Shown: positions 1-9,650, numbered from the stretch's first letter. The stretch: 64,000 nucleotides of DNA from Microcoleus sp. (GCA_042408215.1 JAYFMW010000030.1:224001-288000); one strand, 5' to 3'. Notes: generated from the letters alone by a model not told the origin. Program-made: numbers and translations.

Positions 1-2
1 AA

Positions 3-509
3 GCTGCTCCATTACACACAGATTCTCAATACAGGAATCTGCCTGAAAAATATATGGCATTACTTGTTTTTCGTCAAGCTGAGTGTGCAGGAGGAGAAAC
101 TATGTTACTGGATTTCAAACTTGTTTTAAATGAATTAAGACAAAGTGATTTTGGAAGACAAATGATCGAATTTGCTTGCCAAGATCAATTTCCGATTGCA
201 GTACCAACTATATTTCAGACACAAGATAAAACGGAGTATATTTATTCAAGTTTGATTTCAAATATTCCCCTGATTCGATACAGATATGACACTTTGAAGA
301 CAGGATTAGAATTAATTAAGCGCAGCCATGTAAAATATATTGATGAAAAGCTTCAGGCTTTTAATGATTTGATTAACAGAAGTCGATATTGCTCTAGTTT
401 GTTACTTAATAATGGAGAAGCCATTTTTGTAGATAACCACAGGATGCTACACGGTCGATCGCCATTTTTAGATAATAACAGATTACTTCTGAGAATTCGC
501 ATGAATTAG
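3..509 (+). CDS. TauD/TfdA-family Fe(II)/2-oxoglutarate dioxygenase, 5'-truncated by window edge
   Basis: Frame is open upstream of the track ATG and reads AAPLHTDSQY (HxD). It also has GGET and C-terminal FVDNHRMLHGRSPF...RLLLR (distal His and Arg). Confidence 0.85.
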   Translation, partial: AAPLHTDSQYRNLPEKYMALLVFRQAECAGGETMLLDFKLVLNELRQSDFGRQMIEFACQDQFPIAVPTIFQTQDKTEYIYSSLISNIPLIRYRYDTLKTGLELIKRSHVKYIDEKLQAFNDLINRSRYCSSLLLNNGEAIFVDNHRMLHGRSPFLDNNRLLLRIRMN

Positions 510-558
510 TTAAAGACAAATACTTTTATTTCCCGATAAAAACAGCTACCATAAAAAA

Positions 559-1716
559 ATGGAAAAGTATATTGAACAATATTCCAAAGTTGGTCATGGA
601 GCGTGGACAGCAAAAGCCTTCTATGATGAAGCAGTCACTTCTTTACTAAATCAACAGTTTGACAATCTTGAAGGCTTTCTGGAGATTTTCTATTTAATTT
701 GCGGTGAATTTGGAGGTGAAGCAGCATCCCGCAAACTTCAAAAAGCAGCTAATCTCCTGCTAAAATACGGTCAGCAGCAAGAGATGTCTGAGCGTTGTCT
801 CAAAATTGCAGCAAGCATTCGATTTCATCCACAGGTAGCTAGTTGTATCGACTTGAATAGTGTTGAAAGACAAATTAATTCTCATAATCTAATATCCTCT
901 AGAATTGAAGAACTTTGTGAGTTTTTGGGTTGCTCTCAAAATAATCTAAATGACAATTTGAAAATGGAAGTTGAATCAGATACCATTCCCAGCGATTGGA
1001 GTTTACAAGTTTCTTCGTTGTACACGAGGGCGTATGATGAATGGTTTACGGAAATAGCTGATAGATACCTCAAAGACTACTTACCAAGTCGCGAAACTTT
1101 ATATGCTTCTCCAAAACTGAGAGTTGCTGACTGGAGTTCAGAGGTATGGCGGTGCTGGCGCTTCCTAGATTGTCCCACCTTAGTCGATCCAGGAATTTTT
1201 AGACCATCGCAGTTCTTTGTATGGCATATCATTCACGATTCTGTGCATATTTGGCAAATGCAAGCTTACGATCAAAAGTGGTCTAACATATTGGCTCCAA
1301 ACGAGTTTTTGTTTCTTGAAGCACAAGCAATGTCTGTGGAAATAATATTATTAAACCTCATGAAAGAATCTTATATAGAGATTCCTAAGTGGTATCCTTC
1401 ATCTCAAAAATCAATTATTATTAGACTTTTAATTGGGTTGCTTGAAAGAGAGATCAGATTAGATTTAGATTTAAAAGTACATCTTCACGGACAAAGTTTT
1501 ACAGCATGGCTTGAGGATATTTCAAGATTGACTAATTTATCACCAGAATATTTTCAAGGGCTTACTGCTGAGTTGCTTGGTATGCCTGGTTTTTGTGCAG
1601 CTTACACTGTAGTAACTGATAAATTTAAAAACTTATCTCAAGAACAACGAAAGATGTTGTTGCAAAATTTTCCTAACATCACTTATGAATCTATAGGAAC
1701 TACTTACTTTCCTTAA
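559..1716 (+). CDS. Hypothetical protein with DUF885-like/metallopeptidase-like C-terminal half
   Basis: HIIHDSVHIWQ (HDxxH), EAQAMSVE, REIRLDLDLKVH..G and MPGFCAAY resemble the DUF885 motif series. Confidence 0.5.
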   Translation: MEKYIEQYSKVGHGAWTAKAFYDEAVTSLLNQQFDNLEGFLEIFYLICGEFGGEAASRKLQKAANLLLKYGQQQEMSERCLKIAASIRFHPQVASCIDLNSVERQINSHNLISSRIEELCEFLGCSQNNLNDNLKMEVESDTIPSDWSLQVSSLYTRAYDEWFTEIADRYLKDYLPSRETLYASPKLRVADWSSEVWRCWRFLDCPTLVDPGIFRPSQFFVWHIIHDSVHIWQMQAYDQKWSNILAPNEFLFLEAQAMSVEIILLNLMKESYIEIPKWYPSSQKSIIIRLLIGLLEREIRLDLDLKVHLHGQSFTAWLEDISRLTNLSPEYFQGLTAELLGMPGFCAAYTVVTDKFKNLSQEQRKMLLQNFPNITYESIGTTYFP

Positions 1717-1860
1717 TCTTATTTGTACTTATCTGCGTTAATCTGCGTGTATCTGCGGTTTAAGAATCAAAATTAGCCAAAAAACAGAGGGCGAGTTCAA
1801 CATAAAACTTGACTGCAAAAGTCTAATTTTATGCTCTAAACCCGCCCTCGCAAAACTCCC

Positions 1861-2364
1861 TTAATAAGCGTCTTGCAACTCGTAGAAATCCGGGGAAATG
1901 TAATCTTTCCGCAACGGCCAGCCTACCCAATCTTCGTTCATCAAAATCCGTTTCAGATTCGGATGTCCTTCGTAGACTATGCCGTACATATCGTAGGATT
2001 CCCGCTCTTGAAAATCCGCAGCCTTCCAAATCCAGTAGACTGATGGCACTCTGGGATCTTCCCGTGGAATGAATACTTTGACGCGGACTTCTTCGGGGTG
2101 CGAAGCATTATCTGTCAATTTAGCCAAGTGGTAGACGCTGACTAAATCTTGTCCAGGGCCTTGGTCGTAGGCGCACTGGCACTGCATATAATTGAACCCG
2201 TAGGCGTACAGTGCTGTTGACATGGGAATTAAGAAGTCGCGATCGACCTTTAAAATCTCCACACCCAAATTATCGGCCGCTAAAGCTTCGTGTTCAAAGC
2301 CATTCTGAGTCAACCACTGGGAAACTTTACCAGTTTCAACGATCGCAGATTCTTGCTCAGCCAC
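1861..2364 (-). CDS. ndhJ: NAD(P)H-quinone oxidoreductase subunit J
   Basis: [27 protein letters not shown]...GWPLRKDY; follows ndhK. Confidence 0.97.
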   Translation of the reverse strand: MAEQESAIVETGKVSQWLTQNGFEHEALAADNLGVEILKVDRDFLIPMSTALYAYGFNYMQCQCAYDQGPGQDLVSVYHLAKLTDNASHPEEVRVKVFIPREDPRVPSVYWIWKAADFQERESYDMYGIVYEGHPNLKRILMNEDWVGWPLRKDYISPDFYELQDAY

Positions 2365-3082
2365 GGTTTACCTCCTGTGTTTGTGATGCAAGCAGGGCTG
2401 GTGGTACTGGCATTCCCATAGCTTCCGTCAATTCCTTTGGTGGCGCCATCCGGCCGGGAATTGACAAATATTTGCCATCCAAAATGTCGTCTACTACTTT
2501 CATTTTGTGGGGTCTGGTGTAGTAGCGGTGGGTTGGGAGCAAGTTGCCACGTTCTTGCATCGAATCGTTGGCGATTTTTTTCCGCAGTTTGATGATTGCG
2601 TCAATAATCGCTTCTGGACGCGGGGGACAACCTGGTATGTACAGGTCTACGGGGATCAGTTTGTCAACGCCTCTGACTGCTGTGGGGGAGTCTACGCTGA
2701 ACATTCCACCGGTGATCGTGCAAGCGCCCATCGCGATCACGTATTTGGGTTCGGGCATTTGTTCGTACAGCCGCACCAAGATGGGGGCGTACTTCATGGT
2801 GATGGTGCCGGCGGTGATGAGCAAGTCGGCTTGTCGTGGGCTCGATCGCGGTACTAAGCCAAAGCGATCGAAGTCAAAGCGCGATCCGATCAAAGCTGCA
2901 AATTCGATGAAGCAGCAAGCGGTACCGTAAAGCAGCGGCCACAGGCTCGAAAGTCTCGCCCAATTGTAGAGGTCATCAACCGTAGTTAGGATGACATTCT
3001 CTGATAATTCGGTGGTGACTTCAGGGCGAATAGCGGGGTTGACAATTAGAGGTTTTTGTGATGTATCAGAACTTAAGACCAT
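2357..3082 (-). CDS. ndhK: NAD(P)H-quinone oxidoreductase subunit K (start MVLSS at 3082)
   Basis: [35 protein letters not shown]; start overlaps the ndhC stop. Confidence 0.96.
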   Translation of the reverse strand: MVLSSDTSQKPLIVNPAIRPEVTTELSENVILTTVDDLYNWARLSSLWPLLYGTACCFIEFAALIGSRFDFDRFGLVPRSSPRQADLLITAGTITMKYAPILVRLYEQMPEPKYVIAMGACTITGGMFSVDSPTAVRGVDKLIPVDLYIPGCPPRPEAIIDAIIKLRKKIANDSMQERGNLLPTHRYYTRPHKMKVVDDILDGKYLSIPGRMAPPKELTEAMGMPVPPALLASQTQEVNRG

Positions 3083-3435
3083 TCCAAGGCTCCTTTGCGC
3101 CATGCATAGACAAGAGCAATAACGAGGATCGTGATAAAAAACAAGGCTTCGATAAAAGCCAACAGTCCTAGCTGGTTGAAAGCAACCGCCCAAGGATAGA
3201 GGAAGACGGTCTCTACGTCAAAGATGACGAAGACCAGGGCGAACATATAATATCGGATGTTGAATTGAATCCAGGCTCCGCCGATCGGCTCGACGCCGGA
3301 TTCGTAGGTAGTGCGTCGGTCGTAGGGACGACTTTTGGGGCGCAGTACCTTAGCCGCCGTGAGGGCGAGGATAGGGACTAGGCTGGAAATTAGCAGGAAG
3401 CCTAAGAAATACTCGTAGCCGCTGAGTGCAAACAC
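3073..3435 (-). CDS. ndhC: NAD(P)H-quinone oxidoreductase subunit 3
   Basis: [40 protein letters not shown]...RKGALEWS. Confidence 0.97.
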   Translation of the reverse strand: MFALSGYEYFLGFLLISSLVPILALTAAKVLRPKSRPYDRRTTYESGVEPIGGAWIQFNIRYYMFALVFVIFDVETVFLYPWAVAFNQLGLLAFIEALFFITILVIALVYAWRKGALEWS

Positions 3436-3577
3436 GGTGAATAATTACTGCCTAGGTGAAAGGGTTTGTAACTCGATCTTTACATTATATAGATTGTGTG
3501 TAACTGAAATTACGAGTTGGTTGAGATTAATCGTCCATCTTCTGCAATAATTTTTAATGTATATTCTAATATTGTAA

Positions 3578-3772
3578 CTGCCTGTGGAAGGCGGGCGGCT
3601 GCCTGTGGACGCTAAGTAAGACCATCATCGACGCTTTGTGTCGAACACCCTTGTGGTGTCCCTAACGTGGCATCGGCGGTTGAGACGGGAAACCTCGAAG
3701 ACGAATAAGACCGTCCTAATCACAGTTTTAGTTGGAAGCCCCAACTATAACGAAGTTTAGTTGAGGTTGATT
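3578..3772 (+). ncRNA. Degenerate TnpB-type right-end/omega-RNA remnant (no ORF, no left end recognised)
   Basis: GCCTGTGGA...GTAAGACC...GGTTGAGACGGGAA...GAAGCCCCAACTA-TAACGAAGTT-TAGTTGAGG terminal hairpin follows the usual tnpB 3' RNA motif order. Confidence 0.5.
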
Positions 3773-4121
3773 AAGAGTAAGACTTTTTCTGACATTTGCT
3801 AACAATCACTTACATTTGCCTTCGGGTCTTCATGTCATATAGAATGAATTTAGCCACTCAGATGTAGGTGAAAAACCTTGGTAGTACGCAACCGCTATAT
3901 AAATAAGTTGCCTCTACATTATCAAAGCAAATAATCAGATTGGCTAATAGCTGTAAGCGATAACCAAGCTGAAGGCAAGAATATAAGTGCTGGTAGAAAA
4001 TTCTACGGGCATCGGTTGATACGCCTTGGTTGAGATCTGATCTCAACTTATGTATTTGTTAGCAAATGTTAGCAAAAAAGTATCGGTACTTCACGATTAG
4101 CTAGCCTATTCTTTTCGATCT

Positions 4122-4457
4122 ATGAGCGATCCAGCCACTGAGACGAAAACCCTCGATCGGTACGAGTGCCGAGCCTGCGGCTACGTCTACAATCCTAAAA
4201 AGGGCGATCCTAAAAATGCCATTGCCCCGGGCACTGCTTTTACAGATGTGGCCCAAACTTGGGTGTGTCCCGTTTGCGGGGCGCGCAAGTCGATGTTTCA
4301 AAATCTCGGTCAGATGGAAGGGGCGTCTGGATTTAAGGAAAATCAGCGCTACGGTGTCGGCGTCAATGGCATGACCGAAGGTCAGAAAAGTTTACTGATT
4401 TTTGGCGGCTTGGTCGTTGGTTTCTTGTTTTTACTTAGTATGTATGGTTTGCAGTAA
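4122..4457 (+). CDS. rubA: Membrane-anchored rubredoxin
   Basis: YECRACGYVY...WVCPVCGA, C-terminal TM helix; upstream of ycf48. Confidence 0.93.
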   Translation: MSDPATETKTLDRYECRACGYVYNPKKGDPKNAIAPGTAFTDVAQTWVCPVCGARKSMFQNLGQMEGASGFKENQRYGVGVNGMTEGQKSLLIFGGLVVGFLFLLSMYGLQ

Positions 4458-4464
4458 GACGATT

Positions 4465-5457
4465 GTGAGAGTTTGGCAACGAATTGTAATTTTATTGAGT
4501 GCGGCACTCATCTGTGCCAGTTGCAGCACCATTGGTTCTGTGAGTTACAACCCTTGGCAGGTAATTTCCTTGCCGACGGAAGCTAATTTGCAGGATATTG
4601 CCTTTGCGGGCAATGCTCAGCACGGCTGGGTGGTGGGTTCTGAGGCGACTTTGTTTGAAACTGTGGACGGCGGTTCTAACTGGAAACCGATCGCCCTGGA
4701 TATTGACGAGCCGAGGTCGCGTTTTTCGTCGGTGAGTTTTTCGGGTTCCGAAGGCTGGATTGTCGGCCAGCCTTCAGTTTTGCTCCACACAGACGATGAG
4801 GGCAAATCTTGGACTCGGATTGCTTTGAGCTCTCAGTTACCAGGCTCTCCGAGTACGATCGCAGCGGATGGCCCGAACTCGGCAGAAATGACGACGGATG
4901 TGGGAGCGATTTACCGGACTTCTGACGGCGGCAAGAATTGGAAAGCTGTCGTTCAGGATTCTTTTGGAGTCGTTCGCAATATCAACCGTTCTGAAGATGG
5001 GCAGTATGTTGCGGTTTCCTCGAAGGGAAATTTCTATTCTGTGTGGAAACCGGGACAGGATGCTTGGGAACCTCACAACCGCAACAGTTCTCGTCGCCTC
5101 CAAAATATGGGCTTTACCAAGGACGGGCGTTTGTGGATGATCGCCCGCGGCGGTCAGATTCAGTTTAGCGATCCGTCAGAAGCCGAAGGTTGGGGAAAAC
5201 CGTTTTTTCCCGATCGCAAGGCGAGTTGGGGTTTGCTAGACATGGCTTACCGGACTGATAATGAAGTTTGGGTGGCTGGTGGCGGCGGAAATTTGCTGTG
5301 CAGTTTGGATGGCGGGAAAACTTGGCAAAAAGACCGCGAAGTAGAAGATGTTCCCGCGAACTTTTACAGGATTGTCTTTATGGGCCCAGCTCGCGGATTT
5401 ATTATCGGCGCCAACGGTACTCTACTTAAATATCAAGGTTCAGCGCAAGCTGCTTGA
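4465..5457 (+). CDS. ycf48: PSII assembly factor Ycf48/HCF136 (probable GTG start 4465)
   Basis: BNR-like repeats (TxDGGxxW), AVSSKGNFY, HNRNSSRRLQNMGF; between rubA and psbE. Confidence 0.95.
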   Translation: MRVWQRIVILLSAALICASCSTIGSVSYNPWQVISLPTEANLQDIAFAGNAQHGWVVGSEATLFETVDGGSNWKPIALDIDEPRSRFSSVSFSGSEGWIVGQPSVLLHTDDEGKSWTRIALSSQLPGSPSTIAADGPNSAEMTTDVGAIYRTSDGGKNWKAVVQDSFGVVRNINRSEDGQYVAVSSKGNFYSVWKPGQDAWEPHNRNSSRRLQNMGFTKDGRLWMIARGGQIQFSDPSEAEGWGKPFFPDRKASWGLLDMAYRTDNEVWVAGGGGNLLCSLDGGKTWQKDREVEDVPANFYRIVFMGPARGFIIGANGTLLKYQGSAQAA

Positions 5458-5474
5458 TAGTAGAATGGTTTTAT

Positions 5475-5772
5475 AAAGAATACCCTGAAAACCCTGTGAC
5501 TTTAGTCCAGGGATGAAAGGGCTTTGCAGGATTTATCCTGCCAGCCCTCTTTATGCAAGACACAAACCACATTCTGTTACCAGAAAAATGTGGGATGGAT
5601 ACACAGACGCAGGTCTGGGAAGCAAATGCCTACCACAAGTAGCCATAGACTCAGCAATGGGCGAGTGGGTAGTGGGTTATTGACAAACCCTTTAAGCATC
5701 AAGATTTGGGTGGATTCATCCCCCAAAGTTTGTCCTTAAGAATCCCCGTGTCTTTAGACCGGGGAGTGTCAA
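5475..5772 (+). mobile_element. Non-autonomous IS200/IS605 mini-element (left end + omega-RNA/right end) of the 9989-11536 TnpB element
   Basis: TTTAT at 5470-5474. Left end AAAGAATACCCTGAAAACCCTGTGACTTTAGTCCAGGGATGAAAGGG and right end ...GAATCCCCGTGTCTTTAGACCGGGGAGTGTCAA match the full element. Confidence 0.92.
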
Positions 5773-5811
5773 AGATTGTCTGTCAATTTGTTGTTGAAAG
5801 GAGAATTCTAA

Positions 5812-6063
5812 ATGGCTGGCGGTTCAACTGGAGAACGTCCGTTTGGGGACATTGTTACAAGTATCCGTTATTGGGTAATTCACAGCATCACTATTCCGGC
5901 TTTGTTTATCGCTGGATGGCTGTTTGTACAGACTGGTTTGGCTTACGATGCCTTCGGCACTCCTCGCCCTAACCAGTATTTCACTCCGCAGCGGGAAGAA
6001 GTGCCGATTATCTCGGATCGCTTTGAAGCTAAGAAACAAGTAGATCAGTTCATCGGCAAGTAA
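5812..6063 (+). CDS. psbE: Cytochrome b559 alpha subunit
   Basis: [29 protein letters not shown]. Confidence 0.99.
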   Translation: MAGGSTGERPFGDIVTSIRYWVIHSITIPALFIAGWLFVQTGLAYDAFGTPRPNQYFTPQREEVPIISDRFEAKKQVDQFIGK

Positions 6064-6084
6064 TTTAACAAGGAGTTTGAAAAA

Positions 6085-6219
6085 ATGACGGGCAGAACCC
6101 CAAACGAGCCAATTTCGTATCCGATTTTTACGGTGCGTTGGTTGGCCGTTCATACTTTAGGTGTCCCAACTATTTTCTTTTTGGGCGCGATCGCAGCAAT
6201 GCAATTTATTCAACGATAG
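6085..6219 (+). CDS. psbF: Cytochrome b559 beta subunit
   Basis: Hand translation [44 protein letters not shown]. Confidence 0.98.
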   Translation: MTGRTPNEPISYPIFTVRWLAVHTLGVPTIFFLGAIAAMQFIQR

Positions 6220-6228
6220 GAGTTTACA

Positions 6229-6351
6229 ATGCCTGAGCGCCTTCCTAATCCCAATGAGCAGCCTGTTGAGTTAAACCGGACTTCTTTGTATTTGGGTTTG
6301 TTGCTGATTTTTGTTTTGGGTATTTTGTTTTCCAGTTATTTCTTTAACTAA
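6229..6351 (+). CDS. psbL: PSII protein L
   Basis: Hand translation [40 protein letters not shown]. Confidence 0.98.
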   Translation: MPERLPNPNEQPVELNRTSLYLGLLLIFVLGILFSSYFFN

Positions 6352-6420
6352 CTGGTGTTTGAGTTTGCTTTCAATAGTTCGATCAAATTTATTTAGCTGT
6401 GAATTAGTGAGGTGATGGCT

Positions 6421-6540
6421 ATGTCTAGTGGTGGCAGAATTCCTTTGTGGATAGTGGGTACTGTGGCTGGCCTCGGTGCTCTGGGTATCTTGTCTCTTTT
6501 CTTTTACGGTGCTTATGCCGGTTTAGGTTCTTCTATGTAA
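6421..6540 (+). CDS. psbJ: PSII protein J
   Basis: Hand translation [39 protein letters not shown]. Confidence 0.97.
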   Translation: MSSGGRIPLWIVGTVAGLGALGILSLFFYGAYAGLGSSM

Positions 6541-6606
6541 GGAGAATTGGGCGTATTTTATGCCTCTAACCCCCCTGTTTCAAGGGGTTGAATTTTAGCA
6601 ATTTTG

Positions 6607-6651
6607 CTGTTAGATACCCGCAGGCTTAAAGTGCTGCGGGTATCTAACAGC
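6607..6651 (+). terminator. Long stem-loop after psbJ (terminator/3' stabiliser)
   Basis: GCTGTTAGATACCCGCAG ... CTGCGGGTATCTAACAGC inverted repeat. Confidence 0.55.
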
Positions 6652-6697
6652 GCTCTTGTCCGATCGCTTTTGAAATTAGCCAAAAGTTGTGAGTAGA

Positions 6698-6930
6698 GTC
6701 AGGAACCCCGCCCTTAAGGGACGGGGCTTGCAAGAGTAATCAAACAAGCCATTCTGACCAGCTATCGTCTTAGCTGACTACGTTATTTGAGTCAAGACAC
6801 CCGCTTGATGCGACGCTAGTCCCTTGCTCTGTCGCTGCTGGTTAAACAGTTCTAAGGTCACGCTTTACAGTGCTTTGGGCCCAACAAGCTCTTATAACAA
6901 AGGCGCGCGCGAACATTACCCGAAAGGGAC
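6698..6930 (+). ncRNA. HEARO/IscB-type omega-RNA scaffold (stand-alone, no iscB ORF)
   Basis: GTCAGGAACCCCGCCCTTAAGGGACGGGGCTTG...TGACCAGCT...CTACGTTA...GACACC..GATGC..GCTAGTC...GCTCTGTC...TTAAACAG...CAGTG...TAACA..GGCG...AACATTACC motif series. Confidence 0.85.
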
Positions 6931-7181
6931 GGTCGCAACCAGATCTCCAAAGGAGGGGCAACCATACCCCTGGGCCTCGCAAGAGGTAGGCAATTAATTT
7001 ATCGAATCAAACAAAGGCGATGCATTGAGCGAAGCCGAAGTGACGGGGTTTCAACCCTGCGCTTCGCTCCGCCCAATTTTCTGATGAATTTTCAGAATAT
7101 TCACAGGACGCTAAAGCATCCCGTGTCGCTTTTCCTCCCAGGGCTAAAGCCGCTGGGTTTCCAAGCTTCCGCGAGGTATTT
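6698..7181 (+). mobile_element. Non-autonomous IscB-family IS200/IS605 element ending directly before ATGA
   Basis: Omega-RNA at one end. Terminal hairpin TTCCTCCCAGGGCTAAAGCCGCTGGGTTTCC...GAGGTATTT at the other, followed by ATGA. Confidence 0.75.
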
Positions 7182-9434
7182 ATGACCCCACCGCAGCCGC
7201 CCCGCAAACCTCAAACCGTCTTGGGTGCTATTACCCAAGCAGTCCAGACTATTGCTAAGGTTAATTTTAACCAGCTAGTGCTGAAACCGAATGCTAAAGT
7301 ACCCGAACTGCGGGTGCAAGATGCTGGTGCTGCCACCGCTGAGGTTTATCCGCTATTGGGCGATCGATATTTGTTAGGTCGATCGTCCAAATCTTCTGAT
7401 ATTGTGGTTCGCAATCCTGTTGTCAGCCACGTACATTTATCCCTGTCGCGGGATAGTCGGCGACGAACTCCTTTTGTACTCAAAGATGAAGATTCTACTA
7501 ACGGCATTTACCAAGGAAAAAGGCGAGTAAAAAGTATCTCCCTGCGTCACGGCGACGTGTTTACATTAGGCCCGCCGGAACTCGCAGCCGCTGTCAGAAT
7601 TCAGTACGTTGATCCGCCCCCTTTGTATTCGGAAGTTTTGCGTTACAGCTTTTACGGTGTCAGCGGAATCACTGCTTTAATCGCGATGTTGATAGGCGTT
7701 GAATGCACAAAGTTTCAAGTGCGTCCTCTGCCGAGAAGTGTGAACGGGCCGGTGATTGTTTACGCTCGCGACGGTCAAACTCCCCTGCGTCCTCCTCAGA
7801 ATAACGCTCATTTGGAATTAAAGCAATTGACAGATTTTTCGCCTTATTTGGCCAAGGCGATAATTGCTTCGGAAGACAGCCGCTACAACTGGCATTTAGG
7901 GGTAGATCCGATCGGCGTTTTGCGAGCACTTTTAACTAATGTTCGCGGTGGCGGAATTCGCGAAGGCGGTAGCACTCTGACCCAGCAGTTGGCGAGGAGT
8001 TTGTTTCGAGATTATGTCGGAACTCAAGACTCGGCGGGACGCAAGTTACGGGAAGCTGTAGTTGCTTTTAAACTGGAGAGTTATTACAGTAAAGATGAGC
8101 TGTTGCTGACTTATTTGAATCGGGTGTTTTTGGGAATTGACCTTTACGGTTTTGAGGATGCGGCTCGGTTTTATTTTGGCAAGTCGGCGAAGGATTTAAC
8201 TTTGTCGGAGTCGGCGACTTTGGCGGGAATTTTGCCGGCTCCAAACAGTTTTAATCCGATTCAAAATTATCAGTTGGCGGTGCAGTATCGCGATCGGGTA
8301 ATCGAACGAATGCGGGCTATGGGGACGATTTCTCAGGAAGAAGCCGATCGCGCGAGGCGATCGCGAATTGAAATTAATCCGAAAGCTCGCGAATTTCTGC
8401 AAAGTACGATCGCTCCCTATTTCTACAGTTATGTATTTGATGAATTAGAGTTATTGCTGGGGGAGCCGTTAGCCAGAGAAGGCAATTTTATCGTAGAAAC
8501 TGGCTTAAATCCCAGCCTGCAAAAAGTAGCAGAAAGTTCCCTCAGAAATACTGTTGAAAATGCGGGAGCAAGTGCTGGCTTTTCTCAAGGAGCAGTGGTA
8601 ACTCTCAATACTGCAACCGGCGAAGTCTTAGCTTTAGTTGGCGGCGTAGATTATTTGCAAAGTCAGTTTAATCGGGCGACGCAAGCTTTGAGACAGCCCG
8701 GTTCTACCTTTAAAATTTTCACTTATACAGCAGCCCTGGAACGGGGAATCTCAGCGGGCAAAACTTATTCTTGCGCGCCGCTTTCTTGGGGCGGACAAAG
8801 TTACAGCGGCTGCGAAAGAACTAGCGGTAGTGCAGATATGTATCGGGGTTTAGCACAGTCAGAAAATGCAATTGCTTTGAGGGTAGCACAGGATGTCGGT
8901 TTAGACAATGTAGTGGGAATGGCTAGGCGTTTGGGGATTACTTCTCCCTTGCGTTCTGCCCCTGGTTTAGTATTAGGTGAAAGTGAAGTTAATGTGTTGC
9001 AATTAACGGGGGCTTTCGGGGTTTTGGCCAATCGGGGTTTGGGAAATCGTCCCCACGTAATTAAGCGAATTATTGACAGCAGCGATTGCAAAGATCGGAA
9101 TAGTTTTCAGACTTGCCGCGTGATTTATGACTATCAGAAAGATGGGGTAGCCAATCGACAGTTAGTTTCTGAAGCCGTAGCTGATACGATGACAGATATG
9201 CTGCAAGGTGTGGTGCGGGGAGGTACGGGTAGCAGTGCTGCTTTGGGGTTGGGAGAAGCTGGGAAAACTGGCACGACTAATGATAATAAAGATTTGTGGT
9301 TTGTGGGTTATATTCCGAGTCAGCAACTTGTGACTGGGGTTTGGTTGGGAAATGATGATAATTCTGCGACAGGGGGAGGTAGTGCTAATGCTGCTCAGTT
9401 GTGGGGGGATTATATGCGGCAAGTGGCGCGTTAA
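7182..9434 (+). CDS. Class A penicillin-binding protein (transglycosylase/transpeptidase) with N-terminal FHA domain
   Basis: FHA motifs LGR, VSHVH, STNG; TG motifs SEDSRY and GGSTLTQQLAR; TP motifs QPGSTFK, SEN, KTGT. Confidence 0.93.
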   Translation: MTPPQPPRKPQTVLGAITQAVQTIAKVNFNQLVLKPNAKVPELRVQDAGAATAEVYPLLGDRYLLGRSSKSSDIVVRNPVVSHVHLSLSRDSRRRTPFVLKDEDSTNGIYQGKRRVKSISLRHGDVFTLGPPELAAAVRIQYVDPPPLYSEVLRYSFYGVSGITALIAMLIGVECTKFQVRPLPRSVNGPVIVYARDGQTPLRPPQNNAHLELKQLTDFSPYLAKAIIASEDSRYNWHLGVDPIGVLRALLTNVRGGGIREGGSTLTQQLARSLFRDYVGTQDSAGRKLREAVVAFKLESYYSKDELLLTYLNRVFLGIDLYGFEDAARFYFGKSAKDLTLSESATLAGILPAPNSFNPIQNYQLAVQYRDRVIERMRAMGTISQEEADRARRSRIEINPKAREFLQSTIAPYFYSYVFDELELLLGEPLAREGNFIVETGLNPSLQKVAESSLRNTVENAGASAGFSQGAVVTLNTATGEVLALVGGVDYLQSQFNRATQALRQPGSTFKIFTYTAALERGISAGKTYSCAPLSWGGQSYSGCERTSGSADMYRGLAQSENAIALRVAQDVGLDNVVGMARRLGITSPLRSAPGLVLGESEVNVLQLTGAFGVLANRGLGNRPHVIKRIIDSSDCKDRNSFQTCRVIYDYQKDGVANRQLVSEAVADTMTDMLQGVVRGGTGSSAALGLGEAGKTGTTNDNKDLWFVGYIPSQQLVTGVWLGNDDNSATGGGSANAAQLWGDYMRQVAR

Positions 9435-9640
9435 GTCATTAGTCATTAGTCATTGGTCATTAGTCATTGGTCATTAGTCATTGGTCATTGGTCATTGGTC
9501 ATTAGTCATTGGTCATTAGTCATTAGTCATTAGTCATTGGTCATTGGTCATTGGTCATTGGTCATTTGTTACTTGTTGGTGGTTATTTGTTATGTGTTGA
9601 TGACAATAACCAAATAACAAATAACCAATGACTAATGACT
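9435..9640. repeat. STRR heptamer arrays (GTCATTA/GTCATTG; then TTATTTG/CAAATAA-type)
   Basis: Direct inspection; starts right after the PBP stop codon. Confidence 0.9.
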
Positions 9641-9650
9641 GCGGATGCAA

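Noticed and set aside
3485..3505. Target of the 5475-5772 guide upstream of ndhC (TATAT AGATTGTGTGT)
   Set aside because: TAM mismatch and only 7 contiguous seed matches in AT-rich DNA; likely chance.
5524..5972. Small ORFs 5524-5739 and 5706-5972 (and 9864-10055)
   Set aside because: They are translations of the tnpB tail/omega-RNA, not independent genes.
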